From the NCBI RefSeq assembly GCF_004010195.1, contig NC_057719.1, positions 84,923,012 to 84,987,011 on the forward strand: a stretch of DNA of 64,000 nucleotides, in the 5' to 3' direction. Below are positions 14,098 through 25,529 of this stretch, piece after piece (position 1 is the stretch's first letter; every line of letters starts with the position of its first letter). Source of the stretch: Chiloscyllium plagiosum (taxonomy: Eukaryota). The notes beneath the pieces are model-generated. The model searched no databases and was not told where the DNA came from. It saw only the letters and a list, made by a program, of their open reading frames with translations. A program made the position numbers and the translations under genes.

Positions 14098-14234
14098 TTA
14101 TTTATTTTGTACTTGAAATGATAAATGTATTGATTCTGCAAATCTTATGAGGACATGTTCTGTACCTGGAATTGGTGCTGTAACTAATCAGAATCAGCAA
14201 ACTTTGATGAGCTTTTTTGACTTAATCTCTGGAG

Positions 14235-14370
14235 TGCGATATCAAGTGACACCACCATCATAGGTTCAATTCCTGCACTGGCCGAGATCATCATGAAGGC
14301 CTTGCCTCTCACCTGAGGCATATTTGCCATCAGGTTAAACTCACCATCCATTCTCTCTCTCTAATGAATA
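14235..14370 (+). mobile_element. Degraded copy of the same tRNA-derived SINE
   Basis: Shares ggttcaattcctgcactgg, catgaag, cacctgagg, caggtta and ctctctctaatga with 160-380. Confidence 0.6.
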
Positions 14371-15809
14371 CAATTATGGATAGAACACTAAAAAAATGAA
14401 TAGAACACTGTCTCCCTATAATGAATAGAATTGATTAAATTAAACGTTGGTCCTTTAGAGGATGAGAAAGGGCATTTAGTTATGGGATATGATGAAATGG
14501 CCGAGGCATTGAACAGGTATTTTCTATCGGTCTTCACACTAATAACATGCCAGTAATTGACAAAGAGACAAAGGTAGGTAAGGACCCGGAAACAATCATT
14601 ATTATGGAAGAGCTAGTGCTAGGCAAGCTAATGGAGCTACGGATTGATAAGTCTGCTGGCCCTGATGGCATGCATCTCAGGGTACTGAAAGAGATGGTGG
14701 GAGAAATAGCAGGTGCACTGGTGGTAGTTTTCCAAAATTTGCTGGACTCTGGGGCAGTCCCAGCAGATTGGAAAACAGCTAATGTGACTCCACTGTTTAA
14801 AAAGGGAGGTAGATAAAAGATGGAAAATTATAGACCAGTTAGCTTAACCTCTGTAGTGGGGAAGATACTTGAGTCTATTATCAAGGAAGAAATAGCAGGG
14901 CATCTTGATAGAAATTGTCCCATTGGACAGATGCAGCATGAGCTCATGAAGGGCAGGTCATGCTTGACAAATCTTTTAGAATTCTATGAAGAAATTTCAA
15001 GCAAGGTGGACAACAGGGACCCGGTGGCTGTGGTGTACCTTGATTTTCAAAAGGCCTCGACATGGTGCCACGCAAGAAGCTGCTGCACAAGATAAGGATG
15101 CATGGTGTTAGGGGTAAAGTATTAGCATGGACAGAAGATTGGTTGGCTAACAGGAAGCAAAGTGTTGGGATAAATGAATGCTATTCTGGCTGGCGATCAG
15201 TGAATAGTGGTGTGCCTCAGGGATCGGTGTTGAGACTGCAATTATTTACAATTTATATATATGATTTGGAGTTGGGGACCACGTGTAGGGTGTCAAATAT
15301 TGAAGATGACACAAAGATGAGCAGCAAAATGTGTAGAGGAACATAGATACATTGAATGAGTGGGCAAAGGTCTGGCAGTTGTAGTACGATGTTAATACAT
15401 GTGAAGTCATACAGTTTGGTAGGGGTAACAGTAGAAAATATTATGAATGGTAAAAAGTTGCAGCATGCTGCTGTGCAGAGGGACATAGGTGTCCTAATGC
15501 ATGAATCACAGAAGGTTGGTCTGCAGGTACAAGTAATTAGGAAGGCAAATGGAATTTTGTCCTTTGTTATCAAAGCGTTTGAGTTTAAAATCAGAGAGGT
15601 AATATTGCAGCTGATGGTGTTGGCAAAGCCATACCTGGAGTGCTGTGTGCAGTTTTGGTCTCTTTACTTGAGAAAGGATGTAGTTGTAGTGGAAGGTTGC
15701 AGAGGAGGTTCACTAGGTTGATTCTGGAGTTGAGGGGGTTGGCTTATGAGGAGAGACTGAGTAGATTGGGATTATACTCATTGCAATTCAGAAGAATGAG
15801 GGGGGATTA

Positions 15810-16735
15810 GAGTCACAGAGATATACAGCATGGAAACAGACTCTTTGGTCCAATCCATCCATGCCGACCAGATATCCCAACCCAATCTAGTCCCACCTGG
15901 CCCATATTCCTCCAAACTCTTCCTATTCATATACCCATCCAAATGCCTCTTAAATGCTGCAATTGTACCAGCCTCCACTTCCTCTGGCAGCTCATTCCAT
16001 ACCCGTACCACCCTCTGTGTGAAAAGGTTGCCCCTTAGGTCTCTTTTATATCTTTCCCCTCTCACCCTAAACTTATGCCCTCTAGTTCTGGACTCCCCGA
16101 CCCCAGGGAAAAGACTTTGCCTATTACCCTATCCATGCCCCTCATAATTTTGTAAACCTCTATAAGGTCACCCCTCAGCCTCCAACACTCCAGGGAAAAC
16201 AGCCCCAGCCTGTTCAGCCTCTCCCTATAGCTCAAATCCTCCAACCCTGGCAACATCCTTGTAAATCTTTCCTGAACCCTTTCAAGTTTCACAACATCTT
16301 TCCGATAGGAAGACCAGAATTGCACGCAATATTCCAAAAATGGTCTAACCCATGTCCTGTACAGTCGCAACATGACCTCCTGACCCCTGTACTCAATACT
16401 CTGACCAATAAAAGAAAGCATACCAAACGCCTTCTTCACTATCCTAACTACCTGCGACTCCACTTTCAAGAGCTATGAACCTGCACTCCAAGGTCTCTTT
16501 GATCAACAACACTCCCTAGGACCTTACCATTAAGTGTATAAGTCCTGCTAAGATTTGCTTTTCCAAAATGCAGCACCTTGCATTTATCTGAATTAAACTC
16601 CATCTGCCACCTCTCAGCCCATTGGCCTATCTGGTCAAGATCCTGTTGTAATCTGAGGTAACCCTCTTCGTTGTCCACTACACCTCCAATTTTGGTGTCA
16701 TCTGCAAACTTACTAACTATATCTCGTATACTCGC
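15810..16735 (-). mobile_element. 5'-truncated CR1 LINE nested in opposite orientation
   Basis: Minus-strand KFADDTK..., LEYCVQFWS, RLRGDLIEVYK and FTQRVVRVWNELP. Confidence 0.9.
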
Positions 16736-16778
16736 AAATCTTATAGAAATATATAAAATAATGAAGGGAATGGATAAA

Positions 16779-17500
16779 TGTTATGAAGGTGTATATGTAC
16801 TGTACCTTTAAGGGAGCCTGGAAGCTGTCGTGGACTTAGAGAGGCACAAAGTGTGCTGAAAGAATTTAAAATGTAACATTTGACTGTGAAACCAATAGTG
16901 CATTTTAGTTGCCATGATACAAAAAACAATTCAAATCTGGCCAATCAGTTTAAATTATGCCCCAGATACCAAAATTCAATCACATTTGAATTTAATATTT
17001 TGACAACATCAAATCAATGAAATGATCTGATGTTTTGGGTTATAAAATTGGACAATTGGAACAATTGGAGGGAGAACTGTCAAGAAAACCAACAAGCATA
17101 GACTGTGAGCCAAATAGCTCTTTGAAAAGTACCTGTCCATAAGAAAGGTTGTGCAGCAGAAGAGACGACCCAGGAAAGCCTAGAGAAAAATCGACAGAAG
17201 AAAATCTACAAAGGAGAATCGACAAAGCTGACTGGATTTGAGACTTTGTTTTGTAAATCTTAATTGGAATTTTTATAGTATCAGTATTGTAGAGCAGGAG
17301 GTAAAAGATAGGTTTAAGAGAAATAGTTATGGTTTAATGTTCTCTGTTGGACTTAAGGAATAGAATTGTTAATTTTTACTTTAACTAGTGACCTCTGGGA
17401 TAGTTCTTTGCCTCTCGAAATTTAACAGATTACGGAGCATGGTGAGCTTCTCTTTGTGTCAGGTTTAAATTATGACATGGGTTTACCCCATGTCATAACA
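16779..17500 (+). mobile_element. Solo LTR inserted in CR1
   Basis: Perfect 8-bp inverted termini TGTTATGA...TCATAACA; flanks ataaa/ataag (5-bp TSD, 1 mismatch); the CR1 continues across it. Confidence 0.75.
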
Positions 17501-18479
17501 ATAAGATAGAAGTGGAGAGGACATTTTGACCAGCAGGTGAAGGTAGGACAAGAGGGGATAGACTCAAGATTGGAGGGAGCAGATTTAGGTCTGAATTGTG
17601 AAGGAACTTCTTCACCCAGAAGATTGTTAATCTCGCCATGTCATAACAACAAGATAGAAGTAGAGAGGATGTTTCCACTAGCAGTTGAAATGAAGGCAAG
17701 AGGACATAGCCTCAAGATTAGAGGGAGCAGATTTAGATCTGAATTGAGAAGGAACTTCTTCACCCAGAGCATTGTTAATCTATGGAATTTCTTGCCCAGC
17801 GAAGTAGTTGACGCTACTTCAATAAAATGTTTTTGAAGAATAAAGGAATTAAGGGATATGATGAGAGTGTGGTTAGGTGGATCTGAGTGCACTTAAAGAT
17901 CAGCCATGATCTTATTGAACAGCGGAGCAGACTCCTGCTCCTAGTTCTTATGTTCTTATAAAAGCAGTACATGGCCTTCTGAAACTATGACAACTTTCCA
18001 TTTACTTAGGTATTGCAGTTAAAATAAATCCCACAATCTTATAAATTTAATGTAAATTGTTAAACTTTCTTTTGGAAAGAAGGGATTATTGTATATACAC
18101 CTTGCCTTTAAGAGAGTTCACCTTTAAGGATCCCTGGCAATTCATCTGCTGTGGGCCTGCGAACTTCCACACACTCACAAAACATTAGTCAGTTATGACT
18201 GCTTCATAACTTATAATTTGTATTACTGTTAAAATAATCTAGCTAACAGACTTTATCAAAACATGACAAGTGATTCATTATGAGACTATTATCATTAACA
18301 TTACAATCTAGCAACAGGATGAAATTTGAAATAAGACAATAACTTCAGAATTTTGGAGTGTCCAATTTTACAATGTATTGAATATATGAATTGCACTGTC
18401 CTGCCTCTCGAGATAATAATCTGTTGACTTCACAGTCTCACCGCCCTTGATAAGCTTCTACCTTCTTGCTTATTAAGAA

Positions 18480-21400
18480 CCTATTGACATCTGGATTAAA
18501 AAAAAATTAAAGAAGCTTTCTTCCTCCACCTTTTGAGGAAGAGATCTTCTGAGGGAAAAATGCCTCATCTCTGTCTTAAACTGTGACCCCTAGTTCTAGA
18601 TTTTCCCACAAGAGGAAAAATCCTTTCCAAAAACACACTGCCAAGTCACCTCAAGATCTTGTACATTTCAATCTGACTTGTTTAAACATCAGTACACACA
18701 AAGTAGCATGTCTAACCTTTCCTCACAGTACAACATTCCAGGAACTAGTGAAGTAAAATTTCTCCATTGCATTTACATCCTTCCATAAATAATGAGACCA
18801 ATACCTGTACTCCAGATGTGGTCTCACTGACACTATAAATAACTGAATCATAAAGTCCCTACTTTTGGAATAAATTCACCTTGTAATAAATAGTTTAAAA
18901 ATTCATTAGCTTCCTAATCATTTGCTGTACCTACATACTAACAATTTGTGATTTATGCTGAAGAACACTAAGAACACTGAGCAATCACTCACCATTTATA
19001 TATGCTTCTGCCAAAATGGCCAATTTCACATTTTCCCTCCCAGTCCATTTAGCAGATCTTTGCCCAGTGATTTAACCTTCATATACAGTAATTCCTTTTC
19101 ACTTCCTTATGGCCTCTTATTTAATGACTAGTCTTTGTGTACTCAACATACCTTCAGTCTCTTCATCCAAACCGTTTGTATTAATTGTAAAACATTGAGA
19201 CCCTAGCACTGATCCCATGGTACAGTAATCAATACATCATGTCAACCAGAAAATATAACCCATGTGTTAGTCTTTGTTTCCTGTTAGCTAGCCAATCTTA
19301 TATCAATGCCAATATGCTCCCCTTGCACACAATATGCTTTGTTTTTCAATAGACTTTTCATGTTGCATCTTATGAAACATCTCTGGAAATCTAAGTACTG
19401 TATATCCATCAGTTCCCCTTTATCTACATGTAACTTCCTCATGATTTCCCTTTTATGAAACCATGGTGACTCGGTTTGATTACCTTGAACTTTTTTTGAA
19501 GTATCCAGCTTTAAAGTCATTAATTATAGCTTCTAACATTTTCTCCATAAGCTAACTGGCCTGTACATTCCTTTTCTTTGTCTTTTTTCTTTTTTTGAAT
19601 AAAGGAATTATATTTGTTATTTTTCAGCCTAATGGAACATTCTTTATAACTAAGGATTTTTCAAAAATTGAAATCAATATATCACCTATTTCACTAGCTA
19701 CTCTTTTTAAGATCCAAGGATGAAATTCCATCAGGCTCCGGGCACAAACTGTTTGCTCCTACAATTTACTTTGTACCACTTCCATGGTGATTTTAATTTT
19801 CTTGATTTCTCCTCTCCCATCAATTTCTTGATATTACTCTGTTTCTGGGATGTTACTTGTATCCTGCTGGGAGGACTGATGCAGAATAACTGCTCAATTC
19901 ATCTTCTGTCACTTTATTTTCCATTAAATATTAATTAATTCATCACCAATGTCCTCTTCAACTGTCTCCTCCCTGTGGCTGAGGAAGTCCTCCCAGAATT
20001 TCAGTTTGGTTTTCAGCCATGAAGGGGCACAACGGACATGATTCTCATCACACGACGAGAATGGCAAAAAGATCCTTGCCATGTACACAGACTTGACAAA
20101 AGCCTTTATCACAATCAATTTGGAAGCATTATAGAGACTCCTTCTCCGTTTTGGTTGCACTGTGAAGTTTGTCACCATCCTTTGTCTGCTCCATGATGAC
20201 ACAGAAGTCATAATAATGACAAATGTCTCCAATACCTAGCTATTTCCTGTTTGGACCAGTGTCAAGCAGGACTGGGTCATTGCCCCAAGACTGTTCTCAA
20301 TTTACCTCGCTTCAACATTGCACTTCACTGCTAACATAGTCCCGCTGGAATGGAGCTAACTTACAGAACCAGTGAAAAATTATTCAATTTCTGCCACCTT
20401 AAAGCTAAAACTAAAATCACCCCAACCAGTGTCATTGACCTGCAATACGCAGCTGATGCTTGCGTACGTGCAATCTCAGAGGATGTACTCCAGAACACCT
20501 TTACGGAGGTATACAAGAGCATGAGTCTCACCCTGAACATCCATAAGATTGTAGGTCTTCCACCAATCTGGCCTGGTATTGTGGAGCGAGCCCCAGATCA
20601 TCATGGTTCACGGGGAGGTTTTAGAGAATGTTGATCACTTCCAATACCTAGGGAGTGTCCTCTTGGCCAAAGCAACTATTGACAAAAGAATCCAGTACCA
20701 CCTCCAGTGTGCTAGCGCAGCCTTCAGCTGCCTGAGGAAAAGGGTATTCAAGGACAACCACATCAGATTTGAAACCAAGCTCATGGTTTACAGAGCTGTG
20801 GTGCTTCCTATATGGCTCTAAAACAAGGACTGTCTACAGCAGACACCTCAAGGCATGTGTAAGATCCTGTGAATCCGTTGGAAGAAAGACACACCAACAC
20901 CAGCATCCTTGACCAGGCCAATTCCCCCAGCATCAAGGCACTGATCATCCTTGATCAGCTACGATGGGCTGGGTGCATCATCCACATGACCATGAGACTC
21001 CCCAAGCAGATGCTCTACTTCAAACCTCCAGGGGGACAAAAGAAGCACTTCAGTGATACCCTCAAGGCTTCACTGGTGATGTGCAGCATTTCCACAGACA
21101 CCCAGGAATTACTGGCCTGAGACCATCCAAAGTGGAGGAGAAGCATCTGAAGGCACCTTGCCATCAGAAAAAAGCTGAAGGCAGGCAATAACAGTGTAAA
21201 GAGCGCGCTGCCGCAGCAACGCCTCTGCAACCCTTCCTGCGACCTCTTTTGCCCCAAGTGTAACAGAACCTGTGGAAACAGCATCGGTCTATAAAGCCAC
21301 CTAAAGACTCACTATGAGAGTGGAAGAGAGTCATCTTCATCTGCGAGGGACTGCCAGTGATGATAATTGATTTCTCAGATCCCCTTTCTATAGAACCAAT

Positions 21401-21650
21401 GCTGACTTTAGCTCTTTGCTTTTCTAAATATCTATAGAAACTCAGTATCTGGTTTAATATTTCTAACCAGCTTTCCTTTTTATTCTAACTTTCCCCTTAT
21501 TACATTTTTTGCATGGTTTTACATTCTGCCTTCTGTCCATCTTTGTATAATGATATGTTTTTGCTTTAAATGTGATGATACCTGTAATTTTGTTAGTTAA
21601 TCAAGAATGATGGATCTTCCCCTTGGAATTTTTCTTTTACATTGGGGTGT
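18480..21650 (-). mobile_element. Old degraded CR1 LINE, split by an RTE insertion
   Basis: Minus-strand remnant VDKGELMDIQYLDFQ at about 19400; CR1-like sequence on both sides of the RTE. Confidence 0.65.
19940..21365 (+). mobile_element. RTE-clade LINE 3' half
   Basis: DLQYAADAC, LENVDHFQYLGS, QLRWAG and MRLPKQMLY motifs, a C-terminal CPKC...H zinc-finger remnant and a (tga)n tail. Confidence 0.85.
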
Positions 21651-21660
21651 ATCTATTTTG

Positions 21661-21830
21661 GAGAAAGTGAGGACTGCAGATGCTGGAGATCAGAGCTGAA
21701 AAATATGTTGCTGGAAAAGCGCAGCAGGTCAGGCAGCATCAAAAGAGCATAAGCCCTTCTTCAGACGTCAATTCTCCTGCTCATTTGATGCTGCCTGACC
21801 TGCTGCGCTTTTCCAGCAACACATTTTTCA
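21661..21830. mobile_element. Fold-back Penelope terminal-repeat insertion with 14-bp TSD
   Basis: GTGTATCTATTTTG at 21647-21660 and 21831-21844; 47-bp inverted arms at 21697-21743 and 21784-21830. Confidence 0.85.
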
Positions 21831-21904
21831 GTGTATCTATTTTGTGTAAGCTGAAATTTCATCGCCAACTGTAACAAAGCCGGTAGGAAACATGAAGCAG
21901 TTCA

Positions 21905-22160
21905 AATGTGCACATTGAATTCCCACAGACCGCAAATGTGGTAACGATCAAATCAGCTTTTTTTGAGGTTGAGGGATACATATTGGCCAGGATACCATGG
22001 AAAACAGCCCGCTGTTGTTCAAAATATATCGCCGTAAAATCATTTAATCCCTTTGAGAGGGCAAACGGGGCTCTCCTTTAACTTCTCATCCCAAAGACAG
22101 CACCTCCAACTGCGTTACACTCAGCACAGTAGCCCTAATTGCGACTGGAACCCGGGCAAT
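21905..22160 (-). mobile_element. DeuSINE (SacSINE1/AmnSINE1-like) relic
   Basis: gttgagggatacatattggccagga...ctcatcccaaagacagcacctcc matches the reverse complement of the recalled Deu domain. Confidence 0.6.
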
Positions 22161-22753
22161 TCTAACTCAAAGAGGGGAAAATGATGCCTTGTCATTTAAA
22201 ACAAAAAACAAGCCAGTGAACTACTGAAGCAATTCTGCGTTGGTGTAAGGGCCAGCTTTCTGTCCGGCGTTAAGACAATGCCATGGCATTCATTTGAAGA
22301 AGGGTGCCTGCACAATACTTACCCCTCACTTGGCATGGGAAAAAAAAATCTGTCCACGATCGGTGTAGTTTGCGCCTGTACATCGCAAGTACTTATCTGG
22401 ATATGAAATGCGAGTTCTTTCTGACAAAAATTTCCCAGAACGAACTCCAGCGGAGTTAAGAGATGAATTCATTAATGCTATCCCGCGGCTCCAATTGCAG
22501 TTTATTTCTTGCGGAATATATTTACCCGAACGTGGTAATTTCTCATTTTCTAAGGTCCGCTTGCTGGACCGTCACCGATATTACGGCGTTAAAGAGGGGA
22601 GGGGAGGGGGATGACTCTGCTGCGGGTGTGGTTTCTTTAAAGGGGAGGAGACGTCCTCCCATTCCGGGGGATCAGAACCGAAGATGATCGCGCTGATGTT
22701 GGGGAGAAAGGGGAGTCTGCCGGATCTTCCAACCCCGGAGCCGTTTTGTTCCC

Positions 22754-22836
22754 ATTGGTTTGACATCACGTAACAGGATGGAGTGAAGACAGTTGGAAAG
22801 GGAGGGCAATATGCGGGTCCTCGCACTCTTTATAAA
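22754..22836 (+). promoter_or_regulatory. Probable CYP1C1 core promoter
   Basis: Inverted CCAAT (ATTGG 22754-22758), TGACATCA (22761-22768) and TATAAA (22831-22836) at typical spacing, in CpG-rich sequence about 435 bp upstream of the ATG. Confidence 0.6.
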
Positions 22837-23270
22837 CGGGAACCCCCACCTCCCCCCTCCCCTTCTCTCTGAGTTATCAAAACCTCAGCGCTTCAGAGCA
22901 GTACATTGACCGGCAGCTCCTTTAAGCCCTGGGGCAGGACAGTCCCTGCAAGAGCCAAGGCCACGAAACTGCAAGCAGCAAGGTGACCAGGAGTGGAAAG
23001 GGGGGAAAAAAAGTTCAACTCCGTTTCAACACGAGGGTTGGCATCGAGAAGAAAGTTTGGGGGGAGAACAAGCAGCAGCAGGAAGAAGAAGAAAAAGAAG
23101 AAGAATGGGGATGAGGAGGTGAAAGGAAACCATCTCTGGAGAACTTGGAAGCGCAAAGGTCGGCTCGGTGTGTTGAGTTTGGGATCTGAGTACAAGGAGC
23201 CCAGCGAGAGACACTTTCCAAGGTCAGGGTGTAAAGAGACAGAGAGAGGGGGAAGGAAATCCTCGCTTCC

Positions 23271-24896
23271 ATGGATGTTGCCCTGGGGTTGAGTGAGGGC
23301 GGCTGGAGGCTACAGGTGCAGCCCGCCCTGTGGCTCTCCCTGCTGCTGCTGCTGCTCTGCCTGGAGGCGTGCCGCTGGCTGCGGGACTGGAGGAGGAGCG
23401 GGGCTGGGCGCAGGAGCCTGCCGGGGCCCTTCCCGTGGCCGCTGGTGGGCAATGCCCTGCAGCTGGGCGACTCGCCGCACCTGACCTTCGCCCGCATGGC
23501 GCGGCGCTACGGCGACCTCTTCCAGATCCGCCTGGGGCGCCGCCGCGTGGTGGTGCTGAACGGCGAGGCGACCATCCGCCGGGCGCTGGTGCAGCGCAGC
23601 GCGCAGTTCGCCGGGCGGCCGGACTTCGCCTCGTTCCGCCTGGTGTCGGGCGGCAGGAGCCTGGCCTTCGGCCGCTACAGCGAGCAGTGGCGGCTGCACC
23701 GGCGCCTGGCGCAGAGCACGCTGCGGGCTTTCTGCGGGGACGGGGGCGCGGGCCTGCTGGAGCAGTGCGTGTCGAGCGAGGCGTGCCGCCTGATCGAGGC
23801 CTTCCTGAGGCTGGGGCCGGCCGGGCGGCCCTTCGAGCCGGCCGCGGAGCTGGCGGCCGCCGCCGCCAACGTCATGTGCTCGCTGTGCTTCGGCCGGCGC
23901 TGCGCGGACGACGACCGCGAGTTCCGGCGGCTGCTGGGCCTGAGCGAGCGCTTCGGCCGCGCGGTGGGCGCCGGCAGCCTGCTCGACGTCATGCCGTGGC
24001 TGCGCGCCTTCCCGAACCCGGTGCGCGCGCTCTCCCGCGACTTCGAGCGCCTCAACCGCGACTTCTACCGCTTCGTCGGCCGGCAGGTCGCCCGCGGCCG
24101 CGCCACCTACCGGCCCGGAGTCCGCCGGCACATGAGCGACGCCCTGATGGCGGCGGTGGGGCGCTGCATGCCGGGAAACGGCGGGAACGCCCAGCCGCGC
24201 GACGAGGGCGAGGCGCAGGGGCCCGGGCGGTTAGGCCTCGAGCCCGAGTACGTGGAGAGCTCGGTCAGCGACCTGCTGGGGGCCGCCCAGGACACCACCT
24301 CGGCCGCCCTGAGCTGGATCCTCTTCCACCTGGTGCGCCTGCCGGGCCTGCAGAGCCGCCTGGGCCAGGAGCTGGACCGCGTGGTGGGTCGGGAGCGGCT
24401 GCCCCGCGCCGACGACCGGAGCCGCCTGCCGTCGCTCGAGGCGTTCATCTACGAGACGCTGCGCTACAGCAGCTTCGTGCCGCTGACCATCCCGCACGCG
24501 ACCACGGCGCCGGTCGAGCTGGACGGCTACCGGCTGCCCGCCGACACCGTGGTCTTCGTCAACCAGTGGTCGGTCAACCACGACCGCCGCAAGTGGGCGG
24601 AGCCCGGCGCCTTCGAGCCGTCCCGCTTCCTCCGCCGCGACGGCAGCCTGGACCGCGAGCTGGCCGCCAGCGTGATGCTGTTCTCGGCGGGCAAGCGGCG
24701 CTGCCTGGGCGAGCAGCTCTCCAAGACGCAGCTGTTCCTCTTCACCGCCATCCTGCTGCACCAGTGCGCCTTCCGGGCCAACCCGGCCGAGCCGCTGGGC
24801 GCCGGCTGCACCTCCGGGCTGACCATCCGCCCGCGGGCCTTCACCCTGTCGGTCACACTGAGGGACAAGCAGCGGGGCATCGTCTCCCCGGCGTGA
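23271..24896 (+). CDS. CYP1C1: Cytochrome P450 family 1, single coding exon, most likely CYP1C1 (541 aa)
   Basis: Intact ORF with N-terminal membrane anchor, PGPFPWPLVGN proline hinge, I-helix DLLGAAQDTTSAALSWI, ExxR (ETLR), PSRF meander and heme motif FSAGKRRCLG. The intronless CDS and the I-helix sequence favour CYP1C over CYP1B1, which has a coding intron. Family call is near certain; subfamily call is slightly less so. Confidence 0.9.
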   Translation: MDVALGLSEGGWRLQVQPALWLSLLLLLLCLEACRWLRDWRRSGAGRRSLPGPFPWPLVGNALQLGDSPHLTFARMARRYGDLFQIRLGRRRVVVLNGEATIRRALVQRSAQFAGRPDFASFRLVSGGRSLAFGRYSEQWRLHRRLAQSTLRAFCGDGGAGLLEQCVSSEACRLIEAFLRLGPAGRPFEPAAELAAAAANVMCSLCFGRRCADDDREFRRLLGLSERFGRAVGAGSLLDVMPWLRAFPNPVRALSRDFERLNRDFYRFVGRQVARGRATYRPGVRRHMSDALMAAVGRCMPGNGGNAQPRDEGEAQGPGRLGLEPEYVESSVSDLLGAAQDTTSAALSWILFHLVRLPGLQSRLGQELDRVVGRERLPRADDRSRLPSLEAFIYETLRYSSFVPLTIPHATTAPVELDGYRLPADTVVFVNQWSVNHDRRKWAEPGAFEPSRFLRRDGSLDRELAASVMLFSAGKRRCLGEQLSKTQLFLFTAILLHQCAFRANPAEPLGAGCTSGLTIRPRAFTLSVTLRDKQRGIVSPA

Positions 24897-24960
24897 AGCT
24901 GCTGGGCGGCCTGTTTCCCCCACCCACAACCCCTCACCCTTCTCTCCCTCATCCCCCCCC

Positions 24961-25529
24961 NNNNNNNNNNNNNNNNNNNNNNNNNNNNNNNNNNNNNNNN
25001 NNNNNNNNNNNNNNNNNNNNNNNNNNNNNNNNNNNNNNNNNNNNNNNNNNNNNNNNNNNNNNNNNNNNNNNNNNNNNNNNNNNNNNNNNNNNNNNNNNNN
25101 NNNNNNNNNNNNNNNNNNNNNNNNNNNNNNNNNNNNNNNNNNNNNNNNNNNNNNNNNNNNNNNNNNNNNNNNNNNNNNNNNNNNNNNNNNNNNNNNNNNN
25201 NNNNNNNNNNNNNNNNNNNNNNNNNNNNNNNNNNNNNNNNNNNNNNNNNNNNNNNNNNNNNNNNNNNNNNNNNNNNNNNNNNNNNNNNNNNNNNNNNNNN
25301 NNNNNNNNNNNNNNNNNNNNNNNNNNNNNNNNNNNNNNNNNNNNNNNNNNNNNNNNNNNNNNNNNNNNNNNNNNNNNNNNNNNNNNNNNNNNNNNNNNNN
25401 NNNNNNNNNNNNNNNNNNNNNNNNNNNNNNNNNNNNNNNNNNNNNNNNNNNNNNNNNNNNNNNNNNNNNNNNNNNNNNNNNNNNNNNNNNNNNNNNNNNN
25501 NNNNNNNNNNNNNNNNNNNNNNNNNNNNN
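24961..25529. other. Assembly gap (Ns) just after the CYP stop
   Basis: N run flanked by a C-rich tract. Confidence 1.

Larger units (their letters stand above)
14440..17960 (+). mobile_element. CR1-type LINE (ORF2 RT, degraded), host to two nested insertions
   Basis: KSAGPDGMH, NYRPVSLTSVVGK, YLDFQKA and SGVPQGSVL motifs. Sequence resumes at 16740-16778 and after 17500 and ends in a ttcttatg tail. Confidence 0.9.
22400..24960. other. CpG island covering CYP1C1 promoter and gene body
   Basis: Abrupt rise in CpG and GC content relative to the AT-rich, CpG-depleted flanks, judged by eye. Confidence 0.85.

Noticed and set aside
22993..23292. Lys-rich 99-aa ORF upstream of the CYP
   Set aside because: Starts at GTG and arises from a (GAA)n purine tract in the probable 5' UTR.
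23271..24896. CYP as a retrocopy or bacterial contaminant because it is intronless and GC-rich
   Set aside because: It has a vertebrate CYP1 sequence with membrane anchor and a TATA promoter, CYP1C genes are normally single-exon, and the RMDN synteny is as expected.
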